This document shows, piece by piece, positions 48,031-56,766 of a DNA stretch of 64,000 nt; within the stretch, counting starts at the first letter, position 1, and every line of letters starts with the position of its first letter. Below the pieces are notes generated by a model. That model was not told where the DNA came from and made no database searches. It saw only the letters and a list, made by a program, of their open reading frames with translations. Position numbers and translations under genes: made by a program. This DNA is from an uncultured virus (IMG/VR IMGVR_UViG_3300047496_000236) (Duplodnaviria > Heunggongvirae > Uroviricota > Caudoviricetes): the IMG/VR virus record IMGVR_UViG_3300047496_000236; one strand, written 5' to 3'.

Positions 48031-48048
48031 TTTCTCAGCGCGGAGAAA
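48031..48048. repeat. 18-bp palindrome family copy 6 (1 mismatch)
   Basis: tttctcagcgcggagaaa just upstream of the HTH gene start. Confidence 0.75.
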
Positions 48049-48182
48049 GAGGTCCAATGATGATGGTGAGGATCCCCAGGACGTCTTGGGTCCTCACGGG
48101 GTATTCCCCGGGGAGCCACTTCAGACATTCCTCGGGGGTCAGTTGAACTCGGGTCACGGAGCGCCTGCGATGCTCCGTGTTG

Positions 48183-48815
48183 TCATACTTCCTGGCGTCC
48201 GGGTTGCTTTGGGTCGACGGGGTCAGGTGAAGTTCTCCAGAAGGCTCGTGAATCGCCTTTAGGTAGTAGACCGGAGAGCCGGCTTGGCTCCAGATCCCAA
48301 GCGGGATCGTCAGTTTCGTCCCAATCCTCGCGAGCGTAGGGGAGGCCTTCCGGCGGTCCTTGGGGGGCTTCAGCGGGACGAGATCCGCCAGGCGGTACTT
48401 CGAACGCGGATCCGGTTCTCCGGATGAACTCTTTTTCAAGGGCTTCGTCAGGGACTCCAGAGAGATCGGGGGTGGGCGGCGCATGGGTCCTCCTGAACGG
48501 CCAGGTGAAATCATTGATGAGGTTGGCAACCCTGGAGACCGCCAGGGGCCAGAGGAAGATCCCGGCTGCAGGCCAGCAGTACGGGAGTTCCCCAAGGAGT
48601 GCTACGGCCACGCACAACACAGCGGCCCAGTAGCTGAAACAGAAGGGGCAGTTCGCTGCCCTCAGCGGGGTGTTCAGGATCCGCTCGGATCCCGTGGAGT
48701 CCCTCTCCAAACGATCCGCGCGCTGCCTCCAGCTCAGGAATATCTTCCCGTGCCAGACGAACTCTGTGAGTTGTCCGGCGGCCAGAGGCAGCACGACGAG
48801 ATCGAGGGGCGTCAC
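48183..48815 (-). CDS. DUF1360-like membrane protein
   Basis: CPFCFSYW motif between TM segments. Confidence 0.6.
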   Translation of the reverse strand: MTPLDLVVLPLAAGQLTEFVWHGKIFLSWRQRADRLERDSTGSERILNTPLRAANCPFCFSYWAAVLCVAVALLGELPYCWPAAGIFLWPLAVSRVANLINDFTWPFRRTHAPPTPDLSGVPDEALEKEFIRRTGSAFEVPPGGSRPAEAPQGPPEGLPYAREDWDETDDPAWDLEPSRLSGLLPKGDSRAFWRTSPDPVDPKQPGRQEV

Positions 48816-49111
48816 TGAGCCGTGCTGACGATGCGGAGACGCCTCGTCTTCTTAGGGGCGACCTGGGGGCCCTCGTGGACCCTAAGGGCCCCGCGGAGCA
48901 CCCTGGCGGCCCCTAGGACAGCGAAGACCGTCGGGAAGGTCAGGGCGGCACCCCCAACGATGGCAGCGGCCACAACGGCCTTGGGATACGAGGCATCGGA
49001 GGTCCAGAGGTCGACGACGTCGTCGGCAACGGCCTCATAGGCCTTACGGGCTGAGGACAGGCTTCCCTGGAGGAAGGCGTCGGCGGATCGCGGGGAGGAG
49101 GAGGCGCGCAT
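48812..49111 (-). CDS. small membrane protein with basic tail
   Basis: Hydrophobic stretch followed by KKTRRLR. Confidence 0.5.
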   Translation of the reverse strand: MRASSSPRSADAFLQGSLSSARKAYEAVADDVVDLWTSDASYPKAVVAAAIVGGAALTFPTVFAVLGAARVLRGALRVHEGPQVAPKKTRRLRIVSTAQ

Positions 49112-49216
49112 TGTAGTTCCCTTTCAGGATCTTCTTCTTGATGAGATAGTTCGTGGCCGTCATTTGTCCTCCGGAACACCCGCAGGATATCAGGCCAGAT
49201 TAAGATTCGAAGCGAG

Positions 49217-49468
49217 TTACTTGTCGTCGCATTCCTCCATGGGGTCCACATCGTAGTGCTCATCGAACCAATGCCCCGGGGTGATCGCGTGGACGATCAT
49301 GGAGACGGAGCAGAGCTGGCCCTTGGGATCGTTCCAGCGCACCGTGAGGTAGTTCCCGACCAAGGTGACTCCCATACCGGCACGGTCGTGCAGCTTGGCC
49401 TGTAAGGCCTCGAGGACTGCCTTTTGATCTGGATGCAGATTCAGCGCGCCAAGCATGTGGAAGGCCAT
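49217..49468 (-). CDS. hypothetical protein
   Basis: AAGGAG RBS before MAFHM. Confidence 0.55.
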   Translation of the reverse strand: MAFHMLGALNLHPDQKAVLEALQAKLHDRAGMGVTLVGNYLTVRWNDPKGQLCSVSMIVHAITPGHWFDEHYDVDPMEECDDK

Positions 49469-49492
49469 AGGAGTTCTCCTTGTTTGTGGGGT

Positions 49493-49535
49493 TAAAAGAA
49501 AACGAGGGGCGCCCCTGGATGTCGAATCCAGGGGG
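49493..49535 (-). terminator. intrinsic terminator
   Basis: cccctggat/atccagggg stem followed by TTTTCTTTT on the minus strand. Confidence 0.6.
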
Positions 49536-49545
49536 TTCCCAAGTG

Positions 49546-49653
49546 CTACCGCCGATCCTTGAATGCGGCCTCCAGAACGATGAGGGCCATCTTGCCTCCG
49601 ATCGAGAGGGTGATCAGACAAGTGCTCAGCAGTACGCGGGTGGCGGCTTCCAT
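49546..49653 (-). CDS. 35-aa hydrophobic peptide (not in ORF track)
   Basis: AGGAGG RBS; MEAATRVLLSTCLITLSIGGKMALIVLEAAFKDRR. Confidence 0.45.
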   Translation of the reverse strand: MEAATRVLLSTCLITLSIGGKMALIVLEAAFKDRR

Positions 49654-49735
49654 GGGAGGCCTCCTGTGGCACCGAGGAGATCTCCCAGACCTTGAGGTGC
49701 CCTCCAGTCCGGGTTGCCCGTGGTGGGCTAGAAAG

Positions 49736-49951
49736 TTAGGGATGGAGCTCGTTGTAGCAGGGGGTCCCTGCTGCCTCGAGACATCTCATGGCGTGGCCCC
49801 AGAGGCCCAGGCCGCCGTAGAACACCGCGGACCGCGCCAGGACGCTCTTGGTGTAGAGCCCCGAGGCGTTAGTGCCTACGCGGGCCGCTGCCTTCAGCCA
49901 GGCCTCATAGAACGCAGGGTAGTGCTGATCCATGAAGTCGAGCTGAGGCAT
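49736..49951 (-). CDS. hypothetical protein
   Basis: ORF in the gene train. Confidence 0.5.
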   Translation of the reverse strand: MPQLDFMDQHYPAFYEAWLKAAARVGTNASGLYTKSVLARSAVFYGGLGLWGHAMRCLEAAGTPCYNELHP

Positions 49952-49954
49952 AGA

Positions 49955-50731
49955 TCAGGGCAACGGCTCCGGGGGCCGCGTCATATCGCGGAAGTCCTCG
50001 AGCTGCTTGGTGTTCCAGATCCGGGACTCCACGGGGAAATCCCACACGTAGTAGCCGAGCCCGCCGACGATGTCGAAGCAGGTCTCGATGCAACGCTTGA
50101 GTTCCTTCTTGTTCGACTTCTGGTCGCTGTGGATCGTGGCACGCCCGCGCACCACCGATCGGATGAGGCGCAGGTAACCCGAGATCGTGATGACGCCGCC
50201 GAGCCAGGCGCCGTCCCGGAGCTCGGAGTGGTCCAGCATCTTGGCCTGGTTGCACAGCGTGCAGCCGGGGCCGAGGATCGCGAAGTCGAAGATCGAGGCG
50301 CGGTCATAGAGGGAGCCCGCGATGCGGGGGTAGCCGAACGCCTTGGCGTTCTTGCCGCATTCCGCCCCGGGGAGCACAGTGGCCCCCAAGCCGCCGATGA
50401 AGTCGGGATGGATGCGAGTGACGCCGGGGATGTAGAGCGCGCCGCCGCGGTGCCAGGGCTTCCACAGGTGGCCCGTCGCGGAGTCCGCCAGGAGCGCCCG
50501 CTGTTCCGGGCTCCGCAGGCCGAGGACCAGCTCGTGGTTGATGGGCATGTCGCCTTCGTTGAGGAAGTACTCCACGCGCTCCTGGGGTGCATCGACAGCC
50601 GTCCCCGCTTTGGGGAACACCGGGCTCTCCGTGGAGCCGAGGAACTTCAGCAGGGTCTCCTTGAGCACTTCGGGATCGAACTCTTCCTCGGGCGATTCTT
50701 CGTAAGCAGGCGAGAGAGGGGCTTTACCCAT
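49955..50731 (-). CDS. left-handed beta-helix (hexapeptide-repeat) protein
   Basis: ATVLPG/AECGKN/AKAFGY/ASIFDF/AILGPG/AKMLDH repeats. Confidence 0.6.
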   Translation of the reverse strand: MGKAPLSPAYEESPEEEFDPEVLKETLLKFLGSTESPVFPKAGTAVDAPQERVEYFLNEGDMPINHELVLGLRSPEQRALLADSATGHLWKPWHRGGALYIPGVTRIHPDFIGGLGATVLPGAECGKNAKAFGYPRIAGSLYDRASIFDFAILGPGCTLCNQAKMLDHSELRDGAWLGGVITISGYLRLIRSVVRGRATIHSDQKSNKKELKRCIETCFDIVGGLGYYVWDFPVESRIWNTKQLEDFRDMTRPPEPLP

Positions 50732-50743
50732 GTGAGGTTCTCC

Positions 50744-51373
50744 TTAGACCGAGACGGTCTGGGATTTAGCGGCGAGCTGAGCTTTGCGTTCCTTGGCGAG
50801 GGCGAGAACCCACGGAACATCGGCGGCGGAGATATACAGCCCCTTATAGGGGCGACGATACGGGTAGAGCTTAACGGAATTCTTGGCGAACAGGGTCTCG
50901 CAGACCGTCACGCTGATTCCGGCTTTGTCGCGGAACTGAGACAACGTCAGGGCCCCATTTGGCACCACCTGCTTGCTCTCAGCTATGATTCTGTCGGCAT
51001 CTGGGCCTGAGACGCTGGCTCGGCCGGCTGGGTCTTTGTACATACGCATCCCCGCCTTATGCATAACCGCGGTGAGGGCGTTGTACGAGCGCCCAGTGAG
51101 CCCCACGAGATCCCTGGTTGCCACGAGCCTCGTTGGGGGCGCCGCGGTTGCTCCTTTTTTGTCCCCTTCGCCGTGCGGGGCCTCCACGGCGGTGCGAACG
51201 GTCCCCTTGCTCTCGAGCACGGCCCGGAAGATCCTGTCGCAATCCGAAACGGGTACCTTGACCTCGGCGTCGACTTCTGAGGCCACACGGGCGACCTCTT
51301 CTATGGTGATCGAAAGCGCGGCAGCAATCTGTTGAAACGTGTAGTGCGTGCGGTCCAAAACTATGGAAGCCAT
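50744..51373 (-). CDS. multi-HTH DNA-binding protein
   Basis: Three excisionase/MerR-like HTH repeats (YTFQQIA, ATRDLVGLTG, LTLSQFRDKAGIS). Confidence 0.55.
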   Translation of the reverse strand: MASIVLDRTHYTFQQIAAALSITIEEVARVASEVDAEVKVPVSDCDRIFRAVLESKGTVRTAVEAPHGEGDKKGATAAPPTRLVATRDLVGLTGRSYNALTAVMHKAGMRMYKDPAGRASVSGPDADRIIAESKQVVPNGALTLSQFRDKAGISVTVCETLFAKNSVKLYPYRRPYKGLYISAADVPWVLALAKERKAQLAAKSQTVSV

Positions 51374-51447
51374 AGGTTCTCCTTGTCAAAGGTCACGAAG
51401 ATTCCGGACTCATCCCACGGATGAATCTCAAGCCGAGATAGCTGAGT

Positions 51448-53232
51448 TCACTCTTCGACGTCGACGCGGCCCACGGAGCCCTTATCGGGATCCAGGGCAG
51501 CCCTCATAGCAACATCATGCTTCAGGAGCGACTTCCCGAGATCGGGCCATTTCTGGAGAGAGTAATAGCACGCACAGACCCCCATGGTGATCGCATGAGC
51601 CATATCATCGGGGCTCCCGTCGATCTTACCGATGAGGTAGATATCGGAGCCCCTAGCGGTCTGCATGCTCTCTTCAATGAGAGCCATGAAGTGGGCCAGG
51701 TTGGTTTCGCAGGTCTGATACTTCGGGAACTTCATGTAGCCCTGCTTGATGAGCTCGCAGGTATACACCACCGACCTCGACTTATCCAAGCTGTACGAGG
51801 ACCTCACGTTGTCCGCCGCCGGCTTGTTCAGGTACATCAGTGCCTTCTGGCCCGTGGTGTGGACGTAGGTCACCGGGATCATCTTGTTGATGGGGAACCC
51901 AGCCATGGTGAGGACCTGCTCACGTCCGGAACCCGCGCCGCCGAAGTCGTGGACTACCGCATTGAAGAGACCGGTCTGGAAGATCGAGGCGACTCGTGCG
52001 GCATCGTCGCCCCAGTTCGTGCTGTGGGGGAACTGCTTCAGCCAGCCCACCTCAGCCTTGCCGTCAGCGGTGATGCCGATGCAGGCCATGGCGGTGAGAG
52101 AGACCTCGGAGGAACCCCCGCCGCTCCAGTCGATGGCGAGGCAGGTGAACTGGTAACCCCTGGATCTGAAGTTCGCGAGATAGCTAGGCCAGTCATTAGC
52201 CCACGGCAGGGTGGAGGCCTCCTCGAGGTTCTTCTCGGAGACCAGGCGGGTCCCGATGTCGTAGGACTCCGCGCAGCACTCCATCATCCACTTCGCGAAT
52301 TCGGTATCCCTCTTCTTGAGGAACTCGAACCACTTCACCTTGTTGCGGCAGTGCATCGGGAAGATGCACTGGGGGGCATGGTGCCCCTCGAAGTAGTTCC
52401 GGCGTTCGGGGTGCCCGTGGAGCCAGTAGCCGTGCTCCGTATCGATGCCCTTGTCGCACTTAGGACAGACGAGCCCGTGGAGGCCAATAGCGCTCTCGAG
52501 GTCGGCGCCTCGCTTCATCACGGAGGTGTAGCCGCACCCCTTGCACTTGATGGCCCACTCCGCCATCGAGGAGTCCTTCCAGAGGTACTCCACGGTGTTC
52601 GAAAGCGACAAGGGGGTCCCCGCGTACTGCTCGAGACCCCAGTCCGAGGCCGACATGGATTCCCGCATGACCCCCAGGAATTCCTTGTTGATGCCCTGGA
52701 CTTCGTCGACCACGAAGCGGTCCGCGTTGATACCACGGGTGCGATCCGCATCGGAGAACGCGTATGAGAAGAACATGGTGGAGTTGTTGTGAGGCATCGT
52801 CTTCTGGAGAACGGAGTCCCGGCCTCGGAAGGTGCGCTCTGCCACCATTTCTCTCAGGATGCAGTTGTTGATCGCGGGCTTCACATACAGGCTCGAGAAG
52901 CGCTGGATCTGCTCCTTCAGGGGCGTCACGAAGAGGGTGTTGAAGTCAGAGATCGCAATGGACAACGCGACGCCCTGGTGGGCCTGGCTCAAGCTCTTAC
53001 CGGTTTGGCGGGCACACTTCCAGAGGGACCGCTTCGGGGGATCCAGTCGGAACATGGGCCGCATGGGCTCGTGCCCCGGGCTCAGGCTGTAGGGCTCCCG
53101 CTTGAACTTGAACAGGACAGGCAGCAAAGGCACCAGTGTCTTTGCGCCGCTTCGCTGGAAGGCGTCCAAGTAACGGTCGACCTCGGCAAGCTGGGCCGCA
53201 TAGGAACCCGACATAGCAACCATGAGGACCAC
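51448..53232 (-). CDS. terL: terminase large subunit (GpA-like ATPase plus nuclease)
   Basis: ARQTGKS, RTRGINAD..VVDEVQ, GTP, CKGC/CPKC, AIDWSG, DDMAHA. Confidence 0.85.
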   Translation of the reverse strand: MVLMVAMSGSYAAQLAEVDRYLDAFQRSGAKTLVPLLPVLFKFKREPYSLSPGHEPMRPMFRLDPPKRSLWKCARQTGKSLSQAHQGVALSIAISDFNTLFVTPLKEQIQRFSSLYVKPAINNCILREMVAERTFRGRDSVLQKTMPHNNSTMFFSYAFSDADRTRGINADRFVVDEVQGINKEFLGVMRESMSASDWGLEQYAGTPLSLSNTVEYLWKDSSMAEWAIKCKGCGYTSVMKRGADLESAIGLHGLVCPKCDKGIDTEHGYWLHGHPERRNYFEGHHAPQCIFPMHCRNKVKWFEFLKKRDTEFAKWMMECCAESYDIGTRLVSEKNLEEASTLPWANDWPSYLANFRSRGYQFTCLAIDWSGGGSSEVSLTAMACIGITADGKAEVGWLKQFPHSTNWGDDAARVASIFQTGLFNAVVHDFGGAGSGREQVLTMAGFPINKMIPVTYVHTTGQKALMYLNKPAADNVRSSYSLDKSRSVVYTCELIKQGYMKFPKYQTCETNLAHFMALIEESMQTARGSDIYLIGKIDGSPDDMAHAITMGVCACYYSLQKWPDLGKSLLKHDVAMRAALDPDKGSVGRVDVEE

Positions 53233-53264
53233 TATGAAGGCCTCTGGGAACCCCGCAACATTCC

Positions 53265-53335
53265 GATAGCTAAGAAAAAACGTGACGCCCCCTAACCGCC
53301 GGGGGTTCTCCCCGGGCAGTTAGAGGGCGGCGTTT
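53265..53335 (-). terminator. terminator with TTTTTTCTTAGCTATC tail
   Basis: Long stem plus U-tract on the minus strand. Confidence 0.6.
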
Positions 53336-53375
53336 CATCCTTTCAGGGCGAGGATCCCTTTCGGGATCAATCGCT

Positions 53376-54509
53376 CTACGCGGTGGCCAGGGCCTCCTCG
53401 TTGCTGACTTCGTCGGGCTTTTCAGCCGGAGTGGTCAGACTGTTGGCCTCGGCGGCCTGGGCCTTGCGACCCCGCTTCCCCTTGTGCTTGTTCTTCTTGC
53501 TGATCTTCGCCCCGGGGGTCAGGTCGACCGGGGGGAGCTCGATCTGGCTCTCCGTGGGGTCCACGTCGGCCGCCCCGAAGGCCGCCACCGGGGTCTCCAC
53601 GGAAGCCGCCACCGGGGTCTCCGCGGGGGTCTCGGGGGTCACGGTCTCGACCTTGGGGGTCTCGATCGCTTTCCCCGAGAACCGGGCGGCGAGCCGGGCG
53701 CTCGCCTCGCCGTAGGACACCCAGGCCCCGAAGGCCTGGATGCTGGCGAGGTTCACGGGCTGCCAGCTGATTCCGTAGGTGGTGGCGTCCACGACCACCA
53801 TTTCGGGGTACAGCTTGTGCACGAGATCCTTCGGGATCCGGGATTCCGGATCGCCGCCCGCCGCGAGGATGAGATCCTCATCGGAGGTATCCAGGCTGAG
53901 GCCGAGGGCCTCGGCGGCGACCGCGAGATCGGAGCCCGGACGGATCTTGCCGTTCTTGAGGCGGCCTTCCAGCAGCTCCGGGATCGCGTACTTCGTCACG
54001 ACCTTCCCGCGGACTTTGGTCGCGATGGCGACCTGCTCCGGGGACACGTAGTACGGCACCTCGAAGTCCTGGAGCTCGAGCTCGTGGGCCCCGTTCTTGC
54101 CCCAGTGGCCCGCCGCGAAGCGCTCGAGGGCCTTGCGGCCCCCCTGGATGACGAGGTTCTCCTCGTCGGTGGCGATGAGCTCATTGCGGCAGATCGAGGC
54201 CCGGACGGTCCGCGCCACGGATCCCCCGAAGCGGAAGGGATCCGCCAGGGCGGCTTCCCGGGTCAAGGGGAAGCCGCCTTGGTTGATGCGCCCCTCGCTG
54301 TTGAGGATGCCCACTTCGGCGGTGTTCAGGGTGAAGCCGCGCGCCGTGGCGTCGTAGGCCACGACCTCGAGTTTGATGTTGGCCTTGAGGTGGGAGGACC
54401 CCTTCGGCTTCCAGAGCATCGGCATGGGTTCCCGGGCCTCGTGGAGGGTCCGCACCATGGCGATGGTGGCCAGGATGGCGGGGATGGCGCGGTTGAGGTT
54501 GTTGTTCAT
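53376..54509 (-). CDS. hypothetical protein with ETPV repeats and basic tail
   Basis: AAGGA RBS before MNNNL; strongly GC3-biased codons. Confidence 0.7.
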   Translation of the reverse strand: MNNNLNRAIPAILATIAMVRTLHEAREPMPMLWKPKGSSHLKANIKLEVVAYDATARGFTLNTAEVGILNSEGRINQGGFPLTREAALADPFRFGGSVARTVRASICRNELIATDEENLVIQGGRKALERFAAGHWGKNGAHELELQDFEVPYYVSPEQVAIATKVRGKVVTKYAIPELLEGRLKNGKIRPGSDLAVAAEALGLSLDTSDEDLILAAGGDPESRIPKDLVHKLYPEMVVVDATTYGISWQPVNLASIQAFGAWVSYGEASARLAARFSGKAIETPKVETVTPETPAETPVAASVETPVAAFGAADVDPTESQIELPPVDLTPGAKISKKNKHKGKRGRKAQAAEANSLTTPAEKPDEVSNEEALATA

Positions 54510-54610
54510 GGAGGATTCCTTGGTGTCTTGTGGTGAGATCCCGGGGTCGACACGCCCCCGAGATCTTTTGAGGACCTGAAACCTGAAGGCCTGAAATCTG
54601 AACTGGGATC

Positions 54611-54628
54611 TTTCTCCGCGCGGAGAAT
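54611..54628. repeat. 18-bp palindrome family copy 7
   Basis: tttctccgcgcggagaat immediately after the stop of a small ORF. Confidence 0.85.
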
Positions 54629-54780
54629 TACCCCACCCGGACCCAGAACCAGTTCCTGGGGTTCTTTTCTTCCGGGTTCTTCTTCTCCCACCGGCCCTTC
54701 GGGGGCTTCGTGCCGGTGTGAGTCCTACCGATGACGGGGACCTTATCCCTGCGACCATCGGTAGGCCTCGAAGCCTTCAT
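54628..54780 (-). CDS. 50-aa peptide, PKGRW..NPEEK family copy A
   Basis: TGATG-coupled; paralog at 56647-56766. Confidence 0.6.
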   Translation of the reverse strand: MKASRPTDGRRDKVPVIGRTHTGTKPPKGRWEKKNPEEKNPRNWFWVRVG

Positions 54781-55214
54781 CAGGCCGCGAGCTTCGCGAA
54801 ACTGTCGATGCGCGAGAGGTCCAGGCGGACCCCATAGGCCGCCTGGATCGCATCGATCACGGACCCCCGCGTGTCGGCAGCCCGACGCGCGTAGGTGTTG
54901 CGGGCCTCCAAGGAGCACCCGCCGTCCTTCCAGGCGTTATTGGCCGCCGCGGCGAGGTATTCCGCCGAGGTGGCTTTCGCCGCCAAGGTGGGCCGTTCGG
55001 AGAACCAGCCCCGGAGCAACCCGGAGACGAGTTCGTCGTACTGGGCCTCCAGCTTCTGGATCTCGATGCACTCCGCGGCCGAGACGCGACCCGCGGTGGT
55101 GGACTGGATGACGCGGCCGAGGGCCCGCGCGATGCCCTTGATATCGGAGGCCAACCCGAGCAGCGCGGCGTCGGGGGCAGAGGAGACGGGAGCGAGTTCG
55201 AGGGTAGCGTTCAT
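54780..55214 (-). CDS. hypothetical protein ending in LAA
   Basis: AAAGG RBS. Confidence 0.65.
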   Translation of the reverse strand: MNATLELAPVSSAPDAALLGLASDIKGIARALGRVIQSTTAGRVSAAECIEIQKLEAQYDELVSGLLRGWFSERPTLAAKATSAEYLAAAANNAWKDGGCSLEARNTYARRAADTRGSVIDAIQAAYGVRLDLSRIDSFAKLAA

Positions 55215-55320
55215 AGGGTGCCTTTCTTAGGGGCAGGGGGTAGGGAAGACGGGATCACTTAGCCCTCGCCGCAGCGGGGGCTAAAAGATCCCCCGTGGAT
55301 GCCATCCACGGAGGTCGGTA

Positions 55321-55653
55321 TTACGCACTCACTGTGTCTTCGATATCAGGACGGCGGTGGTACTGCCACCACTCGGAGCCGTCGTATTCCCCGCGGGTGG
55401 CCCAGGTGCCATCCTGGAACCAGATCACCCCGAAGAGGTGCTGGGTACCGTAGCCGCTGTCGTACTTGACGTTGAGGCTCTTGTAGGCCGCGTCGACCTC
55501 GGCCTCAGTGAAGCCCGGCTTGAGCTTCACCTTGATCTGGCCTCCCTCGAAACCGGGCTCCCAGCTGTCGACGGTGTGCAGATCGATCACGAGGGCCTCG
55601 ATCGGGCCCTTGTCCTTGATGAAATCCATGAGTTCAATCAACGCGTTGGCCAC
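55321..55653 (-). CDS. conserved phage hypothetical protein
   Basis: YDSGYG...G.IWF.DGTW..R.EYDGSEWW; AAGGAGG RBS. Confidence 0.75.
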   Translation of the reverse strand: MANALIELMDFIKDKGPIEALVIDLHTVDSWEPGFEGGQIKVKLKPGFTEAEVDAAYKSLNVKYDSGYGTQHLFGVIWFQDGTWATRGEYDGSEWWQYHRRPDIEDTVSA

Positions 55654-55840
55654 AGGGGCCTCCTTCTTTGTTGGGGGTTCGTAGGCCTCTGCCGCAGCAG
55701 AAGCCTATGAACCCCCCGTGCTTCCACGGGGGTTCGCGCCCTACTTCGGTCCCGCCTTTCGGTTAGGGACCCGTTCGGGAGCCGACATGAAGAACGACAT
55801 CATAATCGCATCAGGAAGGCCCTCCTGTTGGTGGAGGCGT

Positions 55841-56029
55841 TCAGGCCGCAGCGAGGACGGCCTTGGTCCGACGCTGCTTGTTCTTGCGGCGGCTCCGGGC
55901 GGGAACCGGGAGCTCCGCGGGGGCCCGCCAGGCCTCGTATTTCTCGAGGCCGTACTTGCCACCGTAGTAGCCCCCGGCAGCGATGGCACAGATGCCGACG
56001 GCGAAGACGAAGGCGGATGGGCTGAGCAA
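55841..56029 (-). CDS. small TM protein with basic tail
   Basis: TAAGGAG RBS; resembles 57768-58014. Confidence 0.6.
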   Translation of the reverse strand: MLSPSAFVFAVGICAIAAGGYYGGKYGLEKYEAWRAPAELPVPARSRRKNKQRRTKAVLAAA

Positions 56030-56198
56030 GGTGTTCTCCTTACCGTGCTAGGAAAGACCCCCGGGGAGCGCACGGCCTCCCCGGGGCAGATCAGCGCACT
56101 ATTCAACAGTCCAAGACCCGGTGTAGTACATAGCTCGCGCTACATAAGTCCTCCTTAGTGGAAGTGGTAGAGGCCCTGCTTAGGGGCCCCAAAAGCCT

Positions 56199-56264
56199 GA
56201 TAGCAAAAGAAAATGAGATGCCCCGAGATCCCTGCGCAACTCGCACAGAGATCTCGGGGCATCT
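56199..56264 (-). terminator. terminator with TTTTCTTTTGCTATC tail
   Basis: 15-bp stem agatgccccgagatc/gatctcggggcatct plus U-tract. Confidence 0.7.
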
Positions 56265-56368
56265 AAATGAGTAATTGAAATAACTGCCCCGTCGGGCGTG
56301 TTATTTAGCCCCCACCAAAGTGGGAGCCGACCTGCCCGGAGCCTTGCGGCATGGGGTCAGATCTGTCC

Positions 56369-56435
56369 GATAGCAAAAGAAAAGGCAGCACCCATCCGCG
56401 CTCCCGGGGGTTCTCCCCGAGAGTCGCAGATGGGT
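56369..56435 (-). terminator. terminator with TTTTCTTTTGCTATC tail
   Basis: Long stem plus an identical tail. Confidence 0.65.
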
Positions 56436-56646
56436 ACGGTCTTACTTCATTCAGAGGCCTGGTTAGGGCGGTCTGAATCCTGCGCAGCTTTCGCTACACA
56501 GGCGGTGCCCCGGAACCCCGGACCTCCTTACGGAGGCCCTGGGTGTGGGAGCGACCAGTTGTTGGTACGGAGCCCCCTCGGATGGAAGGGCCCCGATGGA
56601 GAATCGCAAATCTACCCTGGTGTGAATCGCCTTCACTAAACCCGTA

Positions 56647-56766
56647 CTAGCCGATGCGGAGCCACATCCATTTGTGGCAATCCTTCTCTTCGGGGTTCAA
56701 GTGTCGCCAGCGCCCCTTCGGGCAGCGGCGACCGGTGAATGTGGATCCGATACGATAGCTAGCCAT
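56647..56766 (-). CDS. 39-aa peptide, PKGRW..NPEEK family copy B (not in ORF track)
   Basis: GAGGGA RBS; MASYRIGSTFTGRRCPKGRWRHLNPEEKDCHKWMWLRIG. Confidence 0.6.
   Translation of the reverse strand: MASYRIGSTFTGRRCPKGRWRHLNPEEKDCHKWMWLRIG

Noticed and set aside
35362..53232. Inteins or introns in the polymerase, helicases or terminase
   Set aside because: No intein termini or LAGLIDADG blocks seen; reading frames are continuous
56691..56716. tmRNA/tRNA-like 3' end (GGGGTTCAAGT...CGCCAGC)
   Set aside because: The T-stem does not pair, there is no CCA or matching 5' end, and it lies antisense to peptide B
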